Below, piece by piece: positions 24,531-33,474 of a DNA stretch of 51,705 nucleotides. The DNA comes from a virus (taxonomy: Duplodnaviria > Caudoviricetes). Where the stretch lies: positions 1 to 51,705 of IMG/VR virus record IMGVR_UViG_3300048834_000253; one strand, written 5' to 3'. The translations under genes were made by a program, and so were the position numbers. Every line of letters begins with the position of its first letter. Positions within the stretch are counted from its first letter, which is position 1. Below the pieces are notes generated by a model. The model had not been told where the DNA came from, searched no databases, and saw only the letters and a program-made list of their open reading frames with translations.

Positions 24531-24764
24531 TTAATACCCCGTTCTTGTAGGTTTTGCGCTCTGCTGGCCGTGAATCTTGATGCGGTCGGGAATCGACAAG
24601 AGCCCATACATCTCTGTCATTGCAGCCTGGGCCTGACGAATCTCTGTATCGCTGGAACGTGGGTTGATGCACACCGTGGTCAATTGACCAATGCGCTCTT
24701 GTGCGTAGGCTTCCACTCCGCGCCACACTGCGGTCTGCGTGTTGATCAGGTCTTGCCAGCTCAT
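24531..24764 (-). CDS. Small portal-adjacent protein
   Basis: 77-aa ORF with ATGA overlap on the portal stop. Confidence 0.65.
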   Translation of the reverse strand: MSWQDLINTQTAVWRGVEAYAQERIGQLTTVCINPRSSDTEIRQAQAAMTEMYGLLSIPDRIKIHGQQSAKPTRTGY

Positions 24765-26998
24765 ACGCCTCTCCCGGTTTGTGCTGCGAACTGCATCTCG
24801 GCGTTGAGCATCTGGGCCTTGGTGTCGCGGTCGGCTTGCTTGTCGGCCAGCACCGCCTGGGTCTTCTGTGCCTCAAACCCGTACTTGGCCATGGCCTGCT
24901 CCTGGGTCATGTTGGTTTTTGCTGCTGTATCGGCAATCTCCAACTGCATGCGCGCTTGCATGATCTGCTGATTCGCTGCAATCTCTTCCCGGCGAAGCTG
25001 CATATTTTCCTCATGGATCTTCGCGTCAAGATCCATGCGCGCCTTATCCAGCTCCAGCTTCGCCATGGCCGGGTCTTGCTTGGGGCCTTGCTGCTGCTCG
25101 GCAGCTTTCATCTTCTCGATCTCTTGCTCAGACGGCAGCACGCGGTCGGGGTCGAGCTTGAAAGCCCGGGCAAACTCGCGCATCATGCTCATCTGGTTGC
25201 TCAGTGGCAGGCCCATGGCCTGGGCGGTCTGCATGAACTGCTGCAAGCGCTGTGACTGGCCCTCCAGCTCTACCAGTGCGGCGATGCCCATGGCGCGCAC
25301 TCGACTGTCGCCCTTGATCTCTTCCTTCTCGCTGTACTGCATGTTCCAGTCGAAAAAGCGCGTGATCAAGGGGGCAACGATGTCGTCATCCCAGTTGCGC
25401 ACGGCCCGGCGAACCCACAGATTCGCGGCGGTGTAGGCAATGCTTGCCCCGGTGGCGCTCTGCATGTAGTTGGGCGCCTCAGTGCCTTGCATGAACGCAG
25501 GCAACGTGCCGACTTCCTCGATGAGTTGCTTGCTCATGCCAAAGATGGCCTGAAACTCTTCTAACCTCGAATCAATGGCTATGAACTGGATTCCCTGTCG
25601 CGCATCGGCGCCTGGGCGTTTGTTGCGCCAGAACTTGCCTGGGGCGAGTCTCCAAGACCCATCCACCGGCTCAATGGATTGATCATCCGTCACCACTTGG
25701 GGCAGCACGCAAAGGCCCATGTTGTCGTGCATGGCGCGGAATGCGCTGTTCGCGCTCTCTTGGTTGTCGCGTACCTCGTAGGGCATGCCGAATCCGAAAA
25801 TGCTGGCCTCGTCCATTTGCCAGGTGAACACGCTGTAGGGGTGCTCGTTGCTGTCCAGTGGGTTCAGAGCGGCTTTGAGCACTTCCCCTTGGGAGCCAAA
25901 CCAGACGATGCCGGTATAGGTCTTGAGCGGGTCATCCTCCACGTCACAGCCGCAGTCCATCAGTTCCTGCGCGGTGATAGGGCCGTGGTACTCCCACACC
26001 TCATAGCGCCGATCTTTGGCCCCACTGGTGCCGCTGATGGCCCGCAGGCGTTCGCGGTAGTTGTTGCTGGGCGTGGTGGGGTCGGTAGACAGCATGGAGC
26101 GCAGTGCATCCACGTCCACGTCGGGCATATCCTGCAGGTCAGCCGCTTCCTGCTTTGTGAGGTAGTGGCGCTCAAACACGAACTCCGCCTGGCGGATGTG
26201 CGTGGCGCTCATGTCCGGGAAGAAGTTCCACAAATCCACCCGCGCCGCCTCGGGCAGTGGCTTGCGCTCCAGGCGCATCACAAAGGTGCCGTCCTGCTGA
26301 ATCCAGCGCTTGGTGGTGCGGAACATCGGCACCGGGCCTTTGATGACACCAGTTCCATAGAGCACAGCGTCATGAATCACATCCCGCGCGTGGCGTGGGT
26401 AGCTGCACTCTGCAAGTTGGTCATCAATCTCGCGCTGCATGGCGTCGCAGCGCTTCTTGGCCTCTTCCACAATCTGCGCAATGGACTGCTGCATGGCGCC
26501 TGCCGGGATGGTCTGGCCGTCTGGCGTCTGAATCGGGGTGTCGGGTGGCAGCTTCTCGGCCAGTTGCATGGCTTCCTGCAGGTCTGGGACGGGTGTAGGC
26601 TCAATGACGTAGTTGCGCTCGTCACTCGGAAACAGCATGTCAAACAGCCGCGCCTCGACCAATCCACACAGTCGGCGGGTCAGCGGGACAAAGATGCGAC
26701 TGCCGTACTCGCTTTCGTCACCGAACGTTCCCGGGTCGTACTGCCCGTTGAACTGGCGCACGTCCTTGTACCAGCGTTCCTCTATCGCCTGGCGCTGCTG
26801 AACCTGCTCATTGGCCAGGCCCAGCAACCGGTGCCCCAGCGCTGCCACGCGGCCTTTGCGCGCCTCTGCCTCTTGTCGCTCCTGCTGCGGGTCAACCTCG
26901 GCTCCCAGCATCTCGGCCATCTCATCAACGCCCACGGCGCCGCTGGCCACCATCTCGGCAATGCTCGCGGCCAGGTCGTCGTCGGGTCTTTGATTCAT
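24761..26998 (-). CDS. Portal protein
   Basis: 745 aa after TerL; D.VLYGTGVIKGP, FFPD, FGFGMP and SATG motifs. Confidence 0.9.
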   Translation of the reverse strand: MNQRPDDDLAASIAEMVASGAVGVDEMAEMLGAEVDPQQERQEAEARKGRVAALGHRLLGLANEQVQQRQAIEERWYKDVRQFNGQYDPGTFGDESEYGSRIFVPLTRRLCGLVEARLFDMLFPSDERNYVIEPTPVPDLQEAMQLAEKLPPDTPIQTPDGQTIPAGAMQQSIAQIVEEAKKRCDAMQREIDDQLAECSYPRHARDVIHDAVLYGTGVIKGPVPMFRTTKRWIQQDGTFVMRLERKPLPEAARVDLWNFFPDMSATHIRQAEFVFERHYLTKQEAADLQDMPDVDVDALRSMLSTDPTTPSNNYRERLRAISGTSGAKDRRYEVWEYHGPITAQELMDCGCDVEDDPLKTYTGIVWFGSQGEVLKAALNPLDSNEHPYSVFTWQMDEASIFGFGMPYEVRDNQESANSAFRAMHDNMGLCVLPQVVTDDQSIEPVDGSWRLAPGKFWRNKRPGADARQGIQFIAIDSRLEEFQAIFGMSKQLIEEVGTLPAFMQGTEAPNYMQSATGASIAYTAANLWVRRAVRNWDDDIVAPLITRFFDWNMQYSEKEEIKGDSRVRAMGIAALVELEGQSQRLQQFMQTAQAMGLPLSNQMSMMREFARAFKLDPDRVLPSEQEIEKMKAAEQQQGPKQDPAMAKLELDKARMDLDAKIHEENMQLRREEIAANQQIMQARMQLEIADTAAKTNMTQEQAMAKYGFEAQKTQAVLADKQADRDTKAQMLNAEMQFAAQTGRGV

Positions 26999-27004
26999 GC
27001 CCGG

Positions 27005-27050
27005 AGTGTTCCGGGCGGGGGTCTAGCGGGCTATTCCCGGCATATATGCG
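27005..27050 (-). promoter_or_regulatory. Putative late promoter 1 (portal; near-leaderless)
   Basis: Palindrome at 27039-27050 (one mismatch), 28-nt spacer, AACACT, then 6 nt to ATG. Confidence 0.7.
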
Positions 27051-27052
27051 GC

Positions 27053-28516
27053 TTAGTAGCCTGCTCTGCGCTGTGAGTAGTTCGGCCCGGCGCCCAAAGT
27101 GGATCGCTTGGGCTCGGTGATGGCGAAGCGCAGCATCATCATTCCGTAGCGGCTCGCACTCAGAACGTCGTCGTTCAGCTTGACGATCAAGCCGTCCTTG
27201 CGGTGGTACATGCGGAACTCGGCCAGCCAGGCCGTGCAGGTGCTAAACACCTTCCATCGCCCCGTCTGCATCCGCTCAAGCATCTCAGACACACCAGCCT
27301 CAAGGCCGTTGCCGCCCTCGCCTTCCTTCTGCCCCTCTGCCGGCGCATGGGTCGCGCGCTCAGGCAGCATGTTCACCCCGCCGTTGCGGTACTGCTGCGC
27401 CAGCTGCTCGCCGCTGCCCTTGTCGTGCTGCAGCCCATCGTGTGGCCATGCCACCGGAATCCACTTGCCTTTTGCAGCAAGCAATGGCGCCTGCATCACC
27501 GGCGTGGCCTCGCGCAGCTGGAACTCGTTGACCACATACACCGTATCGGCGTCCCGATCCCATGCCAGCCAGGCGGCTCCAGCCGGGTGATCCCAGCCGA
27601 AATCCAGCCCGATGATTCGCGGCCAGTGCGCCGGAAGCGGGAAAGGATCGACCCGAATGGCGTCTTCTTCGATTGGAAACACTTTCCCACTCCCCATAGA
27701 AGGGACGCCCAGCGTTCGCGCGGCGCGCTCATGGGCTGGGTAGCCCGCGATGATCTTCGCCTTCTGGTCGGCGGTGTAGTGGTCCACGTCATGGATGGTC
27801 ATGTTGACCATACCTGCGTCTTGGTACTTGCCCAGCTCGCTCCAGAAGCGCATGGCAATTGCCGTCATGCCTTTGAGCAGCGTGCAAGTGACAATGACCG
27901 GGCCGAACGCCGCGTTGGTGCGGGTCAACCCTTCCATGTAAATGTCTTCAGGCGGCTCTTCGTCGAACCACACCCCATCCACGGTATCCGCCTGCCACTT
28001 GCCTCGGCCCTGGTCGTAGGACTTTAGGCTGATGGTGCTGGTTGTGGTCACACCGTCCGGAGCCACAAATCGAATCTTGGCGGTATCTATGAACTCGTTG
28101 ACGTGGCGGCTCCATGTCAGATCGACGATGCAATCCTTGGGAATACTGCCCGTGCCGGGGTCTTTTTTGGGATCTCGCCCGAACAAATACCGCTGCACAC
28201 CGCGCCTGGTCAGTTCGCCAGACTCCGACCCAGCCAGCCAGTTGTTGCCTTTGGTGAAGCGTTTGCCACCCCACCATTCGGGATAGCGCCCGGTCAGGTG
28301 CATGGCCACCTCGTTGGCGGCGCTAAGAGTCTTGCCCAACTGGTTGCCAGCAGACAGCATGCGCTCGCGCTTCTCCGCTCCCATGGTGTGAAACTCGGCC
28401 TGCTTGGCGTAGGGCTTGTACCCGGCCAACTGGTTCTCCACGACCACGCGCAACAATCCATGACGCACCAGCGCCAGTTCCTCATCCGTCATTGACTCCA
28501 GCACGTCAGGAAGCAT
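27053..28516 (-). CDS. terL: Terminase large subunit, P22-like
   Basis: Walker A AGNQLGKT, Walker B VWFDEEP, nuclease GLDFGWDHP and DDVLSASRY. Confidence 0.95.
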   Translation of the reverse strand: MLPDVLESMTDEELALVRHGLLRVVVENQLAGYKPYAKQAEFHTMGAEKRERMLSAGNQLGKTLSAANEVAMHLTGRYPEWWGGKRFTKGNNWLAGSESGELTRRGVQRYLFGRDPKKDPGTGSIPKDCIVDLTWSRHVNEFIDTAKIRFVAPDGVTTTSTISLKSYDQGRGKWQADTVDGVWFDEEPPEDIYMEGLTRTNAAFGPVIVTCTLLKGMTAIAMRFWSELGKYQDAGMVNMTIHDVDHYTADQKAKIIAGYPAHERAARTLGVPSMGSGKVFPIEEDAIRVDPFPLPAHWPRIIGLDFGWDHPAGAAWLAWDRDADTVYVVNEFQLREATPVMQAPLLAAKGKWIPVAWPHDGLQHDKGSGEQLAQQYRNGGVNMLPERATHAPAEGQKEGEGGNGLEAGVSEMLERMQTGRWKVFSTCTAWLAEFRMYHRKDGLIVKLNDDVLSASRYGMMMLRFAITEPKRSTLGAGPNYSQRRAGY

Positions 28517-28971
28517 CAGCTTGCTTTCGCCTTCTCTCGGATTGTCTGCACCCTGTCCAGCGCGTCCAGCATTGCCATGGCCTTCTCGGGCGTCATGTTG
28601 CCCATGGCCTTCTTGAGCGGGTCTGTCACATCCTCGACCTTGGCAACATAGAACCCTCGAGCCTTGCCCCTACTGATCTCCGCATTGATGGCGGCGCTGA
28701 ACTGCCCGGCTTGCCGCGCTTCCTCTCGCAGGGCCTCAAGGTCTGCCATGTGTTGATCCAGGCTCAAAACCGCTGCGGATGCCGCAGAGTTGCGCAACTC
28801 CTTGATTCTTGCGGCTACCTTGGGGTTTTCGATCAATTCATGCGCACATCGGTGAACTGTCGCATCTTTTGTGCCTGACTTGACGTTGTAGACCTTCCGA
28901 TATGCGTCGCTGCATCTCTGATCAGCCTTCAGCATCTCCTGGCAAAACAGCTCTTGTTTTTGCGTCAGCAC
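28516..28971 (-). CDS. terS: Terminase small subunit (GTG start)
   Basis: LTQKQELFC..SDAYR..Y, L.ENPKV.ARI.EL and A..AE..RGKA.G motifs. Confidence 0.88.
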   Translation of the reverse strand: MLTQKQELFCQEMLKADQRCSDAYRKVYNVKSGTKDATVHRCAHELIENPKVAARIKELRNSAASAAVLSLDQHMADLEALREEARQAGQFSAAINAEISRGKARGFYVAKVEDVTDPLKKAMGNMTPEKAMAMLDALDRVQTIREKAKAS

Positions 28972-29594
28972 ATCAACCCCCTTGATTTGAAGTTGTCGAC
29001 TTGCAGGTGAATCACGTCTTCGATCCCATCCAGCATTTGGTTATAAAACCCTACTGGACCGCCGAAATGCTTTTCCGCCAGCGCCAACTGGTCTTCTCTG
29101 GCATTCCTGATCCAGTCATCAAAAGGTCTGATCGAGCCAATGACCTGCGTGATCCTCTTCAGAAACTCGCCCACCTCATCACGCGGGCGGCGCTCAGAAC
29201 TGCCGAGCAAGATGTTCGTCAGTTGCGACTTCCATGCCGAAATCAACCGCCTTTCGATACCCAGCGCTTCGCCTTCTGAATCGCACACGACGAATACCAG
29301 AGGCTTCACGGTCAACCCGGCTGCGCGTATCTCCAAGATGCGCTCTGATTTTGGGTGGCCACGCTCCCGGGGGGCTTGAGCACATCTGTTGTGGTTGAAC
29401 ATCCGATCTCCAAGTCCCTTCCCTACATAGAAGATGGCACCGTCTCGTGGGTCCACCAGCACGTAGACGTAATACTGGCCTGCTGGCGGCTTGTCGTGCA
29501 GCGTCAGACCGGCCAACGTGCAGGCGTCGCTGTGGCTCTTGCCCTGCGCCACAAGCTGGGCGAAGTGCTCCTGCTGGCTGGTCAGTGGCTTCAT
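28965..29594 (-). CDS. GIY-YIG (LEM-3-like) endonuclease with a TerS-like N-terminus
   Basis: YYVYVLVDPRDGAIFYVGKG...R..H and E..LI..LTN motifs; N-terminus LTSQQEHFAQLVAQGKSHSDA. Confidence 0.85.
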   Translation of the reverse strand: MKPLTSQQEHFAQLVAQGKSHSDACTLAGLTLHDKPPAGQYYVYVLVDPRDGAIFYVGKGLGDRMFNHNRCAQAPRERGHPKSERILEIRAAGLTVKPLVFVVCDSEGEALGIERRLISAWKSQLTNILLGSSERRPRDEVGEFLKRITQVIGSIRPFDDWIRNAREDQLALAEKHFGGPVGFYNQMLDGIEDVIHLQVDNFKSRGLMC

Positions 29595-29833
29595 GCTGCA
29601 GCCTCCCAATGGATGCAGCCGAACTTAGGGCCGACATAGACGCCTGACAAAAACCCCTCTTGATCCCACGAAGCGATTCGATCAATGTCTACTTTCAAAT
29701 CATCAAAAGCCCGGTCATTTGAATCTATAGCAAGTGCGCACTCCCCGGTGTATTGGTGGGCAGTCTCGTAAATTGCATTTTTGAAACGCGCCACATGGGG
29801 CGTGTAGTGCTTGCATGCATCACAGGTTTTCAT
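29591..29833 (-). CDS. Hypothetical Cys-containing protein
   Basis: CxxC and FGCIHW; coupled ORF. Confidence 0.65.
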   Translation of the reverse strand: MKTCDACKHYTPHVARFKNAIYETAHQYTGECALAIDSNDRAFDDLKVDIDRIASWDQEGFLSGVYVGPKFGCIHWEAAA

Positions 29834-30090
29834 TGCCCTGCTCCTTGCAGTACGGCCATTCCTTTGTCGCCGATCTGCAGAACCAGTCGCGAGACGTGCA
29901 GCGGGTCGTCGTCGTAGATAGCACGCCAGGCATCACCGGGGTCGCTGTGGCCTTTTAGACGCACCGCCGTGAAGGTCTGGCCGCTGACCGGATGCCACAT
30001 GCGGTCGCCGTGGTGAATGGGGTTGCCGTTGAAGTCTGGCCATGGGGCCAGATCAGCCGGGTCCAGCAGCTTGTTGGTATCTCGTCTCAT
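29830..30090 (-). CDS. Hypothetical protein
   Basis: Coupled ORF with GGAGG SD. Confidence 0.65.
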   Translation of the reverse strand: MRRDTNKLLDPADLAPWPDFNGNPIHHGDRMWHPVSGQTFTAVRLKGHSDPGDAWRAIYDDDPLHVSRLVLQIGDKGMAVLQGAGQ

Positions 30091-30383
30091 TGCCCCCTCC
30101 TTACCAGTTCTTCCATATTTCCAATCACCCGCAGCCTATCCATGTCATGCATGCACTCAGCCCGCAGCCAGTCGGACGGGTATAGCACTTGCACAGCGCT
30201 GACAGCCACGTAGGGCACATGCATGCGGGCGGCAGTCAGGAGCGCGCAGGCACTTCCAAGGGGGTGAAGGTCTCCCGGCAGGTACACATCGCCCGATTCG
30301 CTGATGCCAGCGTGTAGCCCTGGCTGAATCCCTGCGCCTTTGATAGCCAGGATGATGAGGTCTTCGCTTGCTTCGGTTTCCAT
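30087..30383 (-). CDS. Hypothetical protein
   Basis: AAGGAG SD before ATG 30383. Confidence 0.65.
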   Translation of the reverse strand: METEASEDLIILAIKGAGIQPGLHAGISESGDVYLPGDLHPLGSACALLTAARMHVPYVAVSAVQVLYPSDWLRAECMHDMDRLRVIGNMEELVRRGQ

Positions 30384-30393
30384 GGTGACTCCT

Positions 30394-30708
30394 TTACCGG
30401 GTAAACGCCAATGCTCTGCGGGCATCCATCTCGGACACCACGATCACCTTGGGCTCTTTTTGCTTCTTTGCCATGCTGTAGCGCTTCACGAACCTGCGGC
30501 CTCTGGCGCTTGATGCGGGGCCAAGAGCAGACTTCACAGCACCAGAGTCGCGCAGCTTGGACAAGCAGCTACTGATTTCGGCGTGCATGGTTTTGGGCAA
30601 ATCCAGGGCGGCGCTGATCTGGCCCAGCGTCAGCGACTCCCCTGCTTTGTCATCCAGCAGCTTTTCGATTCGCGCCTTCAAGCCTGGTTGGTTTTCCTGT
30701 GCTGTCAT
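30394..30708 (-). CDS. Winged-HTH DNA-binding protein (late-activator candidate)
   Basis: LTLGQISAALDL...EISSCLSKLRDSGAV pattern followed by a basic wing. Confidence 0.6.
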   Translation of the reverse strand: MTAQENQPGLKARIEKLLDDKAGESLTLGQISAALDLPKTMHAEISSCLSKLRDSGAVKSALGPASSARGRRFVKRYSMAKKQKEPKVIVVSEMDARRALAFTR

Positions 30709-30758
30709 GTTCTCCCTTTCAGTTCTTTCAGCTTTGCCCGGTAGGTGTCTCTAGTCAT
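30705..30758 (-). pseudogene. Stranded ninG 3' remnant forming a 17-aa mini-ORF (MTRDTYRAKLKELKGRT)
   Basis: Resembles the NinG C-terminal consensus (R..YRAKLKELK); ATGA overlaps at both ends. Confidence 0.6.
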
Positions 30759-31528
30759 GCGAACCGCCCTTGTTGAAACAGCGCACGGCTTGGCTCCCAT
30801 CCTTGGCGAAGACGCCAAATCAAGCCCGCGCGGCTGACGGTTACACCAGGCTCTCGCACCCATTCCGCAGCGGTCAGCGTCTTCCCGTTGCAGGTGATTG
30901 CCACTGAGTTAGACCGCTCGTGCTTGGCGTGCGTCTTTGGCTCGTAGGGCTTGGGCTTCCGTCCGTTGTGAGTGACCTTGGGGCCGAACAGTGCCTGCTC
31001 TGCAGTCATTCCTGCCTTGATGCGGGCCCTGATAGTCGAACCACTCACCTCCACCCTTGGATCACGCGACCATTCATGCGGCGTCAGGGCAACCCCCTCA
31101 TACTCAACGCTGATAGTCCGATTCCACTGGGCCGGAGGCCTCATGCCGCGGCGCGTGTTGCAGGTGCAGCAAGTTGGGCGCAGGTTGGCCCGCGTGTTGT
31201 TCCTCACATCGGCGTCGATGTGGTCCACATGGCAAGTCGCCCAAGTCAGAGAAATACCGCACAGCTCGCAACTCAGTGGACTGTCGCCCAGGTCTGCATA
31301 CAGGACTGCGCGATGCTCCGCCACGTATCCGCTATTCCGGTGGCGGAGTGGGTGCGTTGGCTCATAAACCCACTGATACCCTTGCGGCGTCTCCTGTCGA
31401 GGCTTCGCCTTGCCGCGCTTCACTGTCTCGGTTGTGCCGTACCGGCGTTGGCGGAAATAGTGCATTTGGCACAGTTGCGCAGCCTTGTATTGCGCATCGC
31501 GCTCGCAACCTTCAACGCAGCATTTCAT
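30755..31528 (-). CDS. HNH homing endonuclease with C-terminal DNA-binding repeats
   Basis: C.MHY.R..RYG, YV.EHR, HVDHID....NN...NL...C..CN and two T..EW repeats. Confidence 0.9.
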   Translation of the reverse strand: MKCCVEGCERDAQYKAAQLCQMHYFRQRRYGTTETVKRGKAKPRQETPQGYQWVYEPTHPLRHRNSGYVAEHRAVLYADLGDSPLSCELCGISLTWATCHVDHIDADVRNNTRANLRPTCCTCNTRRGMRPPAQWNRTISVEYEGVALTPHEWSRDPRVEVSGSTIRARIKAGMTAEQALFGPKVTHNGRKPKPYEPKTHAKHERSNSVAITCNGKTLTAAEWVREPGVTVSRAGLIWRLRQGWEPSRALFQQGRFA

Positions 31529-32108
31529 ATCGCTTCTCCAATCTACGAACCTTTTTAGTCATCACGGCCTTTAGGCGCTTGAGGTAATCCACATCGAACT
31601 TCGCGATGTGCTGCATGGCCTCCAGCCGGGCAACCCAATCCTCCCCGTGGTCACGCACCAGCCGCTCGCGAAAAGCCAGAGCCATGCCGCCTTTGTGGCG
31701 ATTGCAAGGAATGCACTGGAGCTTGATCTGTGGAATCCAGTAGCGGAGGTGCGGAGCGCTGCCTACTGACCTAAAGTGCCCAGCGTCATAGGTGCCTCCG
31801 AACTTCTGCTCCGGTGTTGCTCCGCAGGTGTAGCAGCCCTCTCCGCGAGAGAGCGCAAGCAGCCGCACATATCGGTTCACGATGGCCTGGCACTCGGCAA
31901 GCCACTTTGCGCGGGGCTTAATGGCCTCCTTGCGCGCCCGGATGCTGGCTCTCTCTACCTTGGCAGCAGCGCGGGCCTTCTTGGCTTCGGCACGCTTTGC
32001 TTTCTCGGCCTGGGCATCGGCCCAAGGTGCGATGCACTCGGCATGGATGCGCTGGCCTGGTTCGAGCTTTGCGCGGCAGTGTGGGCATGTGGTGCGGCGG
32101 AATGTCAT
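31512..32108 (-). CDS. ninG: NinG/Rap recombination endonuclease
   Basis: Q..VN.YVR, CYTCG, DAGHFRSVGSAPHLR and QC..CN motifs. Confidence 0.9.
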   Translation of the reverse strand: MTFRRTTCPHCRAKLEPGQRIHAECIAPWADAQAEKAKRAEAKKARAAAKVERASIRARKEAIKPRAKWLAECQAIVNRYVRLLALSRGEGCYTCGATPEQKFGGTYDAGHFRSVGSAPHLRYWIPQIKLQCIPCNRHKGGMALAFRERLVRDHGEDWVARLEAMQHIAKFDVDYLKRLKAVMTKKVRRLEKRYEMLR

Positions 32109-32353
32109 GCGAACACCCCCGCCATATCCATCACCAGGCGCCGCACGAAAGGGCGCAGAACGATATCGACCAACTCGCGTTTGAGGTGATCGCGCATGGC
32201 CTCCGCAGCGCTCTTGCTGCCCTCCATGTAGTCGATCATGGCCCGGCTGGTGGCTTCAGATATGCGATTGCGTAACGTGCGAAACCGGATGAAAACCAGT
32301 GGCCTGTTTTTTGCTGATGCGCGCATCTGGCGCTTTTTCTGGCGGGGGGTCAT
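32105..32353 (-). CDS. Hypothetical protein
   Basis: Coupled ORF between ninB and ninG. Confidence 0.6.
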   Translation of the reverse strand: MTPRQKKRQMRASAKNRPLVFIRFRTLRNRISEATSRAMIDYMEGSKSAAEAMRDHLKRELVDIVLRPFVRRLVMDMAGVFA

Positions 32354-32817
32354 TGCTCACCCTCCCACGCCTTGAACCGCACGCCCTGCTCTGACCCGAA
32401 GGCGTACAGCCAAGCGATGAACGCCCGCGCCAGCTTAATCGTGAAGTCTCTGGATTGGATACCCAGCAACACCACCTCACCACGAAGGCCACGGCCCATA
32501 CGAACGTCCCCGAACTTCGCCCACTCGCCCATCAAGTCCGGGTCGTTGCGGGTGTCGATACGGAAAGCGGAAATCAGGATGCGCTTGGCGTCCTCTGGAT
32601 CGGCAATGTCCGGCACTGTGGCTCCCAACTGCTGGGCAATCTGCCCAATCAGCGAATGAAAGTGCCGGTTGTGGTTCTCGCGGCGGTTCTCGGGTTCCAG
32701 CTTCGCTACCATGCGATGCCCCGCCATGAGATAGGGCTTGGCAGTGTTGTACAGGTGCGTGAATGCCTTGTGAGCCTGTACCGGCTCCCACAGGGGCACG
32801 GTGATGCGCTCAGCCAT
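32350..32817 (-). CDS. ninB: NinB/Orf family recombination protein
   Basis: R....N..FH..IG.IA.Q and FI.WLYAFG.E.GV motifs. Confidence 0.85.
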   Translation of the reverse strand: MAERITVPLWEPVQAHKAFTHLYNTAKPYLMAGHRMVAKLEPENRRENHNRHFHSLIGQIAQQLGATVPDIADPEDAKRILISAFRIDTRNDPDLMGEWAKFGDVRMGRGLRGEVVLLGIQSRDFTIKLARAFIAWLYAFGSEQGVRFKAWEGEQ

Positions 32818-33040
32818 GGCTCGCCCTCACGCGCAGCCGCTCGAACACGCGGCGCAGGCAGTAGCTGCGGACAATGCTCACTACCGTGAAAATCGCCCCG
32901 ATGGCGGCGTTTTGCGCCAGCGATACATGCAGCCCGAAGGCCGGAAACACCGCCAGTTGCGTGAGCAAGGCGATGCCGTAGCCGACGGCGACGTTTGCCA
33001 CGGATTCGACAAGCGACATGCGGCGGGATTGCTCAGCCAT
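32810..33040 (-). CDS. Small two-TM membrane protein
   Basis: QSR.MSLVES.ANV.VGY...FT..SI.RSY..RR.F, a common phage family. Confidence 0.75.
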   Translation of the reverse strand: MAEQSRRMSLVESVANVAVGYGIALLTQLAVFPAFGLHVSLAQNAAIGAIFTVVSIVRSYCLRRVFERLRVRASHG

Positions 33041-33275
33041 GCTTGCGGCCCTCCTGCGCGTCAATCTCGGCAATGGCCCGCTTGCAGTAGATCGCCGCAT
33101 CAAGCAGCTCTTCGTACTGGTGCGTGAGCCAGCACCGCAGAGAAAGCTGGTTCTCTGCCACGGTGGTGCCGTACTTGTTCTTGCCCAATGCCTGACGGCG
33201 GGCAATGTCCGCGCAGACTTCGGCCTCGATACCTTCGGGCAGGAATACGCCTACTGTGTGGGATTCGTGGGTCAT
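33033..33275 (-). CDS. Conserved phage protein (MazG/dATPase-like helical motif)
   Basis: R...G..KYGT...WL.H..EE.LD...Y motif. Confidence 0.65.
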   Translation of the reverse strand: MTHESHTVGVFLPEGIEAEVCADIARRQALGKNKYGTTVAENQLSLRCWLTHQYEELLDAAIYCKRAIAEIDAQEGRKHG

Positions 33276-33279
33276 ACCC

Positions 33280-33474
33280 CTACCCCCCACTCTTGCGCGG
33301 TGCGGCTGATGACAGCATGGCCTGCTTCAGATCCTCGGAGATGCCCTCCCACATGCCTGTTCTGCAGCTCTCTAGCTCCTTTGCGCGGCTCCATGCGTAT
33401 TCCTTCCATCCTGGTGTTTTGGCTAGCTTGATGAGGTGGGCTAGTGCTTTGTCGTAGGCGGTCATGCATGTCAT
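33280..33474 (-). CDS. Hypothetical protein
   Basis: Coupled ORF, PGWK.YAW.RA.EL. Confidence 0.6.
   Translation of the reverse strand: MTCMTAYDKALAHLIKLAKTPGWKEYAWSRAKELESCRTGMWEGISEDLKQAMLSSAAPRKSGG

Noticed and set aside
7956-27076. Long plus-strand ORFs (e.g. 7956-9191, 11870-13450, 16241-17578, 18758-20164, 25679-27076)
   Set aside because: Antisense shadows of GC-rich genes, with no SD or recognisable motifs.
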